Part shown: positions 16,524 to 23,718 of the stretch, one piece after another
Layout: every line of letters begins with the position of its first letter
Position numbering within the stretch: position 1 is the first letter of the stretch
Source: a virus
Taxonomy: Duplodnaviria; Caudoviricetes
DNA length: 37,698 nt
IMG/VR virus record: IMGVR_UViG_3300037722_000939
Span: 1-37,698 of that record
Reading direction: 5' to 3' (one strand)
Notes under the pieces: generated by a model
What the model was told of the DNA's origin: nothing
What the model saw: only the letters and a program-made list of their open reading frames with translations
Database searches by the model: none
Made by a program: the position numbers and the translations under genes

Positions 16524-18523
16524 TAACGTTCCATCCTCTCGCGGAACTCTTCCCGCTCCTCGGCGACGACGAGCTCGAGGAGATGATCGAGGACATCCGC
16601 GCCAACGGTATCCGCGACCCGATCGACTTGCTCGACGACTCGATCCTCGACGGGCGCAATCGCTATCGCGCGCTGGTTACGCTGCGCGTGCGCGGGTTGC
16701 CCTGCGGGACCGGTTGGGGATCGCTCGAAGGCGAGCCGCTGTCCGACGAGGAATTGGAACCGGCGCCGGACGTGCCGTGGTTTCGGCGCTACTCGCCGAT
16801 GGAGAGCGGCGATCCGCTGAAATACGTCCTCTCGAAGAACCTCAAGCGCCGGCATCTGAGCGACACGCAACGCGCCTCCGTGGCTGCGAAGATCGCCAAT
16901 CTCGGTGTCGGGCGCCCCGAAACAATTCCGCCAGATGGCGGAATTAGCACTGCCGAGGCGGCGGAAACGCTCAACGTGTCGACGCGGCAGGTCGAGCGCG
17001 CGCGCGTCGTGCATGCACAGGGCGTTCCGGAACTCCGTCAGGCGCTCGACGAGGACAAGATGCCCGTCGCGACGGCGGAAAAGATCGCGCGTATGCCGGA
17101 GGATCAGCAGCGGGCCGCGGTGGAGCAGGCGACGATGCCCTCCAATGCGCGCGCTGTGATGGCATCGCGTCAAGAGGCACCGGACAGCCTCGACTACTTC
17201 CCGACGCCGCCCTGGGCCACGCGTGCGCTCCTCGAGGACGTGCTGCCGCGGCTCGGCATAGATCGCCTCGGCAGCGTATGGGAGCCCGCCTGTGGCGAAG
17301 GGCACATGGCGGAAGTGCTGCGCGAGTATTTCGGCGATGTATTCGCCAGCGATGTGTACAACTACGGCTATGGCGACCCCGACGACGGCGTGGTGATCGA
17401 TTTCCTCTCGCCGGATGCGCCGAAACAGGCTGGCACCGAGGAGATAGGTGGGGAAGGGGACGATCCGTTCGACTGGATCATCACGAACCCGCCGTTCGAG
17501 GAGAAGGCGCTTGCGTTCGCGCTGCGCGCCATCGAGCTCGCCGAGGTCGGCGTTGCGATCTTCGTGCCGCTACGCTGGCTTGAGACGATCGAGCGGTACG
17601 AGCGGCTTTTCAAGCCGATGCCGCCGACGCAGGTGGCGTTCTTCGTCGAGCGCGTGAACCTCTGCAAGGGCAGGTGGGAGCCCGATGGGTCGACCGCCAC
17701 GTCCTACGTCTGGCTCGTATGGTTGCGCGATAGAGAGCCCCGGCCGCCGTTCTGGATACCGCCTGGCCGGCGCGCGGCACGATCGCGGCCCTATGACGCT
17801 GAGCGGTTCACGCAGCAGCCGGTAGCACGGCTACCACGGCCGTTCCTCGTTGTTGCGGAGGGGACGGACATCGATCCTGCGGAAATCGGAAAGCCGGACG
17901 GCATTCTGTATGCCGCGCTACCGGGCCCCGTCACTGTCGGCATCGACTTCGGCAGTCCCGAGGGCGACCGGAGCGTTGCGATCGCACACGACCCGACGAC
18001 CGGCGAGATTTTCGAGGTCGATCCCGAGACGGGAGAGATTCTGGATTCCACGGATGCACCCCGAGCGCGGGCGGAGGCGGGTGACGAGAAAGATGAGAGC
18101 GGCAGTCCGGCTGCCGCGCCTCCGCCATCCCCGCCCTCAAACGAGATTGAAGAAAGTTACGAGGTCCAATCGGAACCGCCCCCCGCGGCGGACCCCGAGC
18201 CACCGGCAAGCGGGATCGCGGCGCAAGGCGAGCAGGCCGGGGCCGAGAGCAACCCAGGAGGCGGCCATGAAGTAGCTCCCGAATCCGGTGTTACAGGAAA
18301 ACACCCCGGCGAGGCTGCGGAGAACTCACCGCCGGTCGCGGCTGTTGTTCCGACAACCGCGGCCTCGCCCACCATCATCGGCCCGCCGACGAAGAGAGAG
18401 GCAGCGCACAACGCTTTCGCGCGCGCCACCGGCCTTACGCCAGATCAGCGCGGTGTTCCGCCCGGGCAACCCGGCAATGAGGACGGGCTCGACATTCCGC
18501 CGTTCATGCGGAGGAAGAAATGA
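16520..18523 (+). CDS. ParB-like/HTH-fused adenine DNA methyltransferase with long disordered tail
   Basis: ILDGRNRYRA, N..RRHL (ParB-like); DYFPTPPWATRAL, WEPACGEGHM, IITNPPF (MTase). Confidence 0.85.
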   Translation: MITFHPLAELFPLLGDDELEEMIEDIRANGIRDPIDLLDDSILDGRNRYRALVTLRVRGLPCGTGWGSLEGEPLSDEELEPAPDVPWFRRYSPMESGDPLKYVLSKNLKRRHLSDTQRASVAAKIANLGVGRPETIPPDGGISTAEAAETLNVSTRQVERARVVHAQGVPELRQALDEDKMPVATAEKIARMPEDQQRAAVEQATMPSNARAVMASRQEAPDSLDYFPTPPWATRALLEDVLPRLGIDRLGSVWEPACGEGHMAEVLREYFGDVFASDVYNYGYGDPDDGVVIDFLSPDAPKQAGTEEIGGEGDDPFDWIITNPPFEEKALAFALRAIELAEVGVAIFVPLRWLETIERYERLFKPMPPTQVAFFVERVNLCKGRWEPDGSTATSYVWLVWLRDREPRPPFWIPPGRRAARSRPYDAERFTQQPVARLPRPFLVVAEGTDIDPAEIGKPDGILYAALPGPVTVGIDFGSPEGDRSVAIAHDPTTGEIFEVDPETGEILDSTDAPRARAEAGDEKDESGSPAAAPPPSPPSNEIEESYEVQSEPPPAADPEPPASGIAAQGEQAGAESNPGGGHEVAPESGVTGKHPGEAAENSPPVAAVVPTTAASPTIIGPPTKREAAHNAFARATGLTPDQRGVPPGQPGNEDGLDIPPFMRRKK

Positions 18524-19077
18524 CCAAGCGGCAAGCCAAATCTCTGCTCGAAGGCACCCCACTCATGCCCGCTGAAGGGGGTTATCGCGTCGCGGTTGTG
18601 TCCGACGATGATCTTAACCGCATCATAAACGCCGCTGGCGCTGCCGATTGGTACGAGTGTCAGAAAGCCCTCGGTGTCGCCATGCGAAAGCCGAACGCCT
18701 CGTGGGTTCTCGCGGGGGCGTATGCCCTAATCGGGGATGTGGTTTTGCGCACGCCGCGCGCTCCGGCGCTGCTGCCTCCCGGATTTTGCGAGTCTTGGTT
18801 GACCGACTACGCCGCGGGCCCACCCTTTCAGGTAAACCGGCGCTTCATCCGTGGCAAACAGACCTTCACGGAACCCGAAGCCCGTAAGATATTCGAAGCC
18901 CTCGGCTCCGCGTGGCTCCCTGTGGATTGGGAAATCACCGTTGCCGGCGACACGGTGACGATCATCCGCGGGACGACCGGCGAGCGCCTCACGGTCGACC
19001 AAGCCCTCAATCTCCGCGATCTCCTCACCACGACCTCCAAGATGGTTTCCGAGGGCCGTTTCAGGAGGCGCGCGTGA
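18520..19077 (+). CDS. Hypothetical protein
   Basis: Coupled overlaps, GGAGG RBS. Confidence 0.65.
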   Translation: MTKRQAKSLLEGTPLMPAEGGYRVAVVSDDDLNRIINAAGAADWYECQKALGVAMRKPNASWVLAGAYALIGDVVLRTPRAPALLPPGFCESWLTDYAAGPPFQVNRRFIRGKQTFTEPEARKIFEALGSAWLPVDWEITVAGDTVTIIRGTTGERLTVDQALNLRDLLTTTSKMVSEGRFRRRA

Positions 19078-19550
19078 TGCTCGGCAACATCCTCACGATC
19101 TACACCGGCAGCGACGGCGTAGCGACGAAGGGGCTCTACGACCTTCTGGATCAGCGCGGGCCGAAGGGCGAGCTGGCGCATCACCTCATGCGCGCGATGA
19201 AAACATCGGAGCGTGCGAAGCAGTATCGCGGCCGGGACGGGCAAGGGCGGAAATACAGCCAGCTTTCCTACGGGCGTAAGCAGGACGCCATCGAGAAGGT
19301 GGCGGCCCTGCTCGGTCAGCACGCGCAGCGGTTCGGCATCCTGTGGGGTTGGGCGGAGGACACCGACCAGCCGTATCACCGCTGGATTCTCTACGTCGAC
19401 CTCCCGACCGGGCAGGTGAGTTTTCACGCGGCCGAGCGCGGCGACGGGCCCACCTATACCAAACCATGGGACCAGAAGAAGCGCCAAGGCTCCATCCGCA
19501 TCTGCAAGTTCGCTGCCGCTGTTCTCGAGATGGAGGATGCCGCCGCATGA
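19077..19550 (+). CDS. Conserved phage hypothetical protein (YVDLPTGQVSFH)
   Basis: AGGAGG RBS; motif typical of a phage family. Confidence 0.7.
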   Translation: MLGNILTIYTGSDGVATKGLYDLLDQRGPKGELAHHLMRAMKTSERAKQYRGRDGQGRKYSQLSYGRKQDAIEKVAALLGQHAQRFGILWGWAEDTDQPYHRWILYVDLPTGQVSFHAAERGDGPTYTKPWDQKKRQGSIRICKFAAAVLEMEDAAA

Positions 19551-19849
19551 CGGTCTACGTCGACGACATGCGCAAACCCTATGGCCGGATGGTCATGTGC
19601 CACATGGGCGCGGACACGCTCGAAGAGCTGCACGAGATGGCCGACAAGATCGGCGTCGAGCGCCGCCACTTCCAGGGCGACCACTACGACATTTGCCGAG
19701 CGAAGCGAGGATGGGCCGTCCGAGCGGGCGCGGTCCAGATCACTCAGCGGGAAATGGTTCGCATCGTCCGGCGCCGCAAGCTGCTGGTATCGGTCGAGCC
19801 AAGATGGGGGCGCAAGGACTTCAACCCCTTCCGTGCGGGCGCGATATGA
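19547..19849 (+). CDS. DUF4031 family protein
   Basis: MTVYVDD...CHM.ADTLEELH.MA..IG...FQ.DHYDI. Confidence 0.82.
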   Translation: MTVYVDDMRKPYGRMVMCHMGADTLEELHEMADKIGVERRHFQGDHYDICRAKRGWAVRAGAVQITQREMVRIVRRRKLLVSVEPRWGRKDFNPFRAGAI

Positions 19850-20043
19850 AGCACCGCTGGTCCGAGCCCGAACGCTTCGTCAACAAGACCGAACGGTCCT
19901 GTCTCAACGCCTGCGGCATCGTGAAGGTGACGCGGCACGACACGGTGCCGTTCCCGACGATCGAATTTTGGCGGAACGAGGAGCGACTCGACGTATCAGC
20001 AACGCCGGCTTGCGAGGCGGTGAGGGAGGAAGCATGGCGCTGA
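19846..20043 (+). CDS. Hypothetical small protein
   Basis: ATGA overlap; H/C residues. Confidence 0.55.
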   Translation: MKHRWSEPERFVNKTERSCLNACGIVKVTRHDTVPFPTIEFWRNEERLDVSATPACEAVREEAWR

Positions 20044-20636
20044 CGCCGGTAGTGCTCGTCGATAATCTCGTGACGTTTGCGCCCAACCGCGGGATTTGGG
20101 CCGTACCCGGCGGCGGTAGCGTGTGGGGATATGGCGTCGTCGACTTCTCAACCTTGATTGAGAATCCGCGCTGGCATGAAATAGCCGTTGCCGTCGCGCG
20201 TGCCTTCGGCATTGAGCCGGCGCGCTTGGTCAAGGCGGTCGAGACTGCTGCACAACACTGGAAAGATGAGGTTCTGGTCAACGCCTGCTGCGGCGGGATC
20301 GGGCCGCTAGCCGAGGCAGGGGATCTGACGCTTGACGAGTATCTCGCGCGCCTCGAAGCCTTCCATGCCGATGAGCGAGCGAAGGAGGCAGCGCGGGTCG
20401 CCAAGAAGGATGCGACGAAGTTCCGGCGGAACCTGTTCGCCGGCCGCCGGGAAGAACTGATCCTCCAATTGCTCGATGCGGGCAGGCCCTATGTCTGCGT
20501 CCGTCCTGGCTGCGGGGTTCGCAACAAACTCACCGTCGATCACATAAAGCCGATGTCCCGCGGCGGCAGCGATGACCTCGATAATCTTCAATTCCTGTGC
20601 GCGCCCCACAATTCCGCGAAGGGCGACCGCACTTGA
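20034..20636 (+). CDS. HNH endonuclease
   Basis: C....C...LTVDHIKPMSRGGSDDLDNLQFLC..HNSAKG. Confidence 0.85.
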   Translation: MALTPVVLVDNLVTFAPNRGIWAVPGGGSVWGYGVVDFSTLIENPRWHEIAVAVARAFGIEPARLVKAVETAAQHWKDEVLVNACCGGIGPLAEAGDLTLDEYLARLEAFHADERAKEAARVAKKDATKFRRNLFAGRREELILQLLDAGRPYVCVRPGCGVRNKLTVDHIKPMSRGGSDDLDNLQFLCAPHNSAKGDRT

Positions 20637-21721
20637 TAATTCGCCGCGAAAAGAAAACGCATTACGCGACGGTTGCCAACACCGTCATTGACGACGAGCG
20701 CCTTTCTTACGAGGCGCTCGGCCTGCTGACGTATCTGCTGTCCCGCCCCGATGATTGGGAAGTGCATATCGACCAGCTCCGCGCGCGGAAGAAGCTCGGT
20801 CGCGACAAAATTTATCGCATCGTGCGCGAGTTGAAAGACGCCGGCTACATGGAGCATGAGCGCGTCTATGAGGACGGCAGGGTGAAATTCGGCCGATGGA
20901 TCGTCCGCGAGGAGCCGAACCCAAAAGGAGAACAAAATTCTACCGAATCGGCAACAGGCGACCTTCATCCGGAAAACCCGGACGAAGCTTCTGTTCCCGG
21001 TTCAGACCTTCGTCCTGAAAACCTTCATCCGGCTATTGCGGACTCTGGAAAACCCGCACGAATACTAAAGACTGAAAGATACCAAGCACTGAAAGATACC
21101 AATGAGAGAGAGATCGCGGGCGCGCGACCTGAAATGAGCAATCGCGCTGCTGAACGATTGGCGGCGCTGAAGGCGAAGCACCCGAGCATCGCTGCGGACA
21201 GCCAGACCGCGATCGACGCCGCCTGGGTGAAGCTGACGGGCAAGGAGCGCGACGATGCGTTCGACCGCTACGACGAGTGGCTGGCGAACGTGAGAGGCCT
21301 CCGCCGGCCGGTGTGCGGCCTCGACAAGTATCTCGGCGAGAAGCGGTGGATCCTGCTGCCGACGCGCGGCGTCAACTACGTCGTGATCGGCATGTTCGAG
21401 AAGCGGTGGTTCGCGGTCATTGCGCAGCGCATTCTCGCCGGCGAGGTAGGGCGCCTCGGCTTTTTCGCGCGGCAGCAGCAGGACTCGAAGGGCTGGTCGG
21501 TGACGGAAACCGACATTGCGGCTCTTGACGCCGTGCATCTCGTGCAGCTTGAGGCGCAGTCGCCCGAGGCGGATGCGTGGTGGGCGTGGATCGCCGAGAA
21601 CGGCATCCGGCTCCCGCGTCCGGACCGCATCCCGTTTGTGTGGTTCCCGTGGCTCCGGCCACCCGGGCACGGCCCGCGCAGCAGCTATGCGGACGCGAAG
21701 GCGGGCGAGCATGTGGTATAA
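20633..21721 (+). CDS. Phage replication initiator (N-terminal wHTH)
   Basis: YATVAN..I.DERLS..ALGLL.YLLSRPDDW...L..AGY; internal repeats. Confidence 0.8.
   Translation: MIIRREKKTHYATVANTVIDDERLSYEALGLLTYLLSRPDDWEVHIDQLRARKKLGRDKIYRIVRELKDAGYMEHERVYEDGRVKFGRWIVREEPNPKGEQNSTESATGDLHPENPDEASVPGSDLRPENLHPAIADSGKPARILKTERYQALKDTNEREIAGARPEMSNRAAERLAALKAKHPSIAADSQTAIDAAWVKLTGKERDDAFDRYDEWLANVRGLRRPVCGLDKYLGEKRWILLPTRGVNYVVIGMFEKRWFAVIAQRILAGEVGRLGFFARQQQDSKGWSVTETDIAALDAVHLVQLEAQSPEADAWWAWIAENGIRLPRPDRIPFVWFPWLRPPGHGPRSSYADAKAGEHVV
20961..21102 (+). repeat. Probable replication origin: ACCTTCRTCC/GGAAAACCC iterons plus duplicated ACTGAAAGATACCAA
   Basis: Repeats at 20961, 21006, 21021, 21047; exact 15-mer at 21071 and 21088 in an A-rich tract inside the initiator gene. 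Confidence 0.7.
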
Positions 21722-22061
21722 GCCCGGCCAACTCACCAGCGACGAGATTCAGGCGCTGAACAGCGTCCGCGGCGCCTACACGCTGTTGTCCGAGCGGGGA
21801 TGGGCCGACGGTCGCCACACGACCGTGCGTGTCGATGTCGGCTGGTACGACGTCCTGATCTATCCGTTCAATCGCGTCTTCAGCGGCCGCTACTCAGGCG
21901 GCAAATGGGTGTTCCGCTCGGAAGCGCACGGTCGCGAGATCGAACTCCCGAACGGGCCCGACTATTACCGGCCTCGCGAACGCGCGGCGTTGACACGAAG
22001 CGAGCGCCGGCGCGCCGACGCGATTTCCGGCGCCCTCTACAAGAAGGCTGGGCTCACATGA
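21711..22061 (+). CDS. Hypothetical protein
   Basis: Overlaps neighbours in the operon. Confidence 0.55.
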   Translation: MWYKPGQLTSDEIQALNSVRGAYTLLSERGWADGRHTTVRVDVGWYDVLIYPFNRVFSGRYSGGKWVFRSEAHGREIELPNGPDYYRPRERAALTRSERRRADAISGALYKKAGLT

Positions 22062-22807
22062 GGCGGCTCTCGATCGAAGCCGCCCTGTATTGGGCGTATC
22101 GCGACGAGCTACCGAAGCGCGGGGCCGAATGGGGCGGCTCCGGCGGCGCGACCGCGCCTGGCTTCTCGTCGGCAGATCTCGGCGTGAAGGTCGACCGTTG
22201 GGACGATGAGCCCGGCTTTCCGACGATCCTCGGCCCGCCGCACCCGGACGCTGAGATCATCGACGCGCATGTGCAGGGCTTGGAGACGATGGAGGTCGAC
22301 GGCGTGCGCAGCCGCTTTTGGCTCGCGCCGGAGTGCGCTGCATTGATCGAGGCGAACGACTTCTCACTCGGCCGGCTCCAGGTCGACGTGAAGAGCTGGG
22401 TCATCATGCACGCCCGGATGGGCACAAGGCCGATGTGGGAAGTCGAACAGTGGAAGGTCGAGCGCCGCATCGACATGCGCACGGGGCGCACCGTCCAAGT
22501 CGGTCGCGACCGCAACGACCGCTGGCATGGCGGTTCGCATTGTCCGATCACTTACGTCCCCGATCCACGAGCGGTCATCAACGACCGCGCGGAATATAGC
22601 TGCTGGCACGAGGCAATGCGCTTGCTGCGTGATCGGCTCGACCGCGCGCTGCAATCCATCGCCCTCGACCCGTTCGATATTCCGCAGCAGCCATGGATCA
22701 CCGGCGACACGCCGAAGCCGATGGTGCTGCCGTCGCTGACGGTGACGCTCCCGCTGCAGCCATCACGGATGCGGAAAACTCGAAAGCGTGTCATCGCTGC
22801 CGCTTGA
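22058..22807 (+). CDS. Conserved phage protein in the late-regulator (Q) position
   Basis: Last early gene before promoter, terminator and terS; PHPDA motif. Confidence 0.65.
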   Translation: MRRLSIEAALYWAYRDELPKRGAEWGGSGGATAPGFSSADLGVKVDRWDDEPGFPTILGPPHPDAEIIDAHVQGLETMEVDGVRSRFWLAPECAALIEANDFSLGRLQVDVKSWVIMHARMGTRPMWEVEQWKVERRIDMRTGRTVQVGRDRNDRWHGGSHCPITYVPDPRAVINDRAEYSCWHEAMRLLRDRLDRALQSIALDPFDIPQQPWITGDTPKPMVLPSLTVTLPLQPSRMRKTRKRVIAAA

Positions 22808-22828
22808 CACTGCGGGCGAGACTTGACA
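22804..22828 (+). promoter_or_regulatory. Putative late promoter region with two TTGACA hexamers
   Basis: TTGACA at 22804 and 22823; no consensus -10. Confidence 0.45.
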
Positions 22829-22853
22829 GACACAACGACGGAAGATCAGCAGC

Positions 22854-22884
22854 GCCCGCCCGGCAACCGCCGCGGCGGGCTTTT
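22854..22884 (+). terminator. Rho-independent terminator-like hairpin (tR'-like)
   Basis: GCCCGCC...GGCGGGC plus TTTT. Confidence 0.65.
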
Positions 22885-22892
22885 CATTTCGT

Positions 22893-22980
22893 GGACGGGT
22901 GGCAGAGCGGCTTATTGCAGCGGTCCTGAAAACCGAAGTGCCTCACGGCACCGTGGGTTCGAATCCTACCCCGTCCGCCA
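22893..22980 (+). tRNA. tRNA-Ser(TGA) with C33
   Basis: GGACGGG/CCCGTCC acceptor, long variable arm GTGCC-TCAC-GGCAC, GGTTCGAATCC, G73, CCA. Confidence 0.88.
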
Positions 22981-23001
22981 CCAAGCCTGTCGAGTTGCCC
23001 T

Positions 23002-23718
23002 ATGACGAAATCGAAGCGTCGTCCGATCGACTGGGAGCGCATCGAGGCGGAGTACCGCGCCGGTCAGCTTTCGATCCGTGAGATCGGTCGTCAGCACAAG
23101 GTCAACGACCGCGCGATCCGACTCCGCGCCGCCGACGAACAATGGGAACGCGCCCTTGCGGAGCGCGTCCGTGCAAAGGTCAAGGAAAGGCTCGTGCGAG
23201 AGGACGCGGGGCTGCCCGCGACTCCGCACCCGACTCCGCAGTCGACTCCGCGGGGACTCGCGCGCGCGCCCGCCGATAAGGACGAGAGTATTGTCGAGGC
23301 GGCTGCTGAACGAGGCGCTGCCGTCGTCCGCCTGGAACGGACCGACATCAGTGAACTGCGTGAGACGAAAGCCATCCTGCACGAGCGCCTCCAGAAGGCG
23401 CTGAAGGACCACGACGAGATCGTGCAGACGATCATCGAGGAAACGAAGGACGACAAACGCGCGACCCGTCGGCGCAACATGCTCGAGGCAGTCGGCCTCG
23501 CGGCCGTGATGGACATCGCCGTCTCTCTCACGGGAATGGTCGCGAAGATTCACCCGCTCGAGCGTAAGGCCTTCAACCTCGACGACGAGAAGACACCGGA
23601 CGATACCGACCCGCTCGAGCGCCTCCGCAAGTCGATCTCCGGCACGGCGTTCCGTCCGAACGAGGATGACACGGACGACCAGCCTCAACAGCCGTCGGCA
23701 ATCCGTCCAACCGAGTGA
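23002..23718 (+). CDS. terS: Terminase small subunit
   Basis: DWERIEAEYRAG.LSIREI HTH; immediately upstream of terL. Confidence 0.8.
   Translation: MTKSKRRPIDWERIEAEYRAGQLSIREIGRQHKVNDRAIRLRAADEQWERALAERVRAKVKERLVREDAGLPATPHPTPQSTPRGLARAPADKDESIVEAAAERGAAVVRLERTDISELRETKAILHERLQKALKDHDEIVQTIIEETKDDKRATRRRNMLEAVGLAAVMDIAVSLTGMVAKIHPLERKAFNLDDEKTPDDTDPLERLRKSISGTAFRPNEDDTDDQPQQPSAIRPTE

Noticed and set aside
11575-20636. Restriction-modification system (MTases plus HNH)
   Set aside because: The HNH is distant and of a generic phage type; no cognate pairing evident
22920-22937. Reading the tRNA anticodon as GAA (Phe) or CUG
   Set aside because: Only the register giving UGA pairs the stem; the long variable arm and G73 indicate Ser
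20961-23259. CRISPR-like arrays from the short repeats
   Set aside because: Repeats are short, inside genes and lack unique spacers; no cas genes
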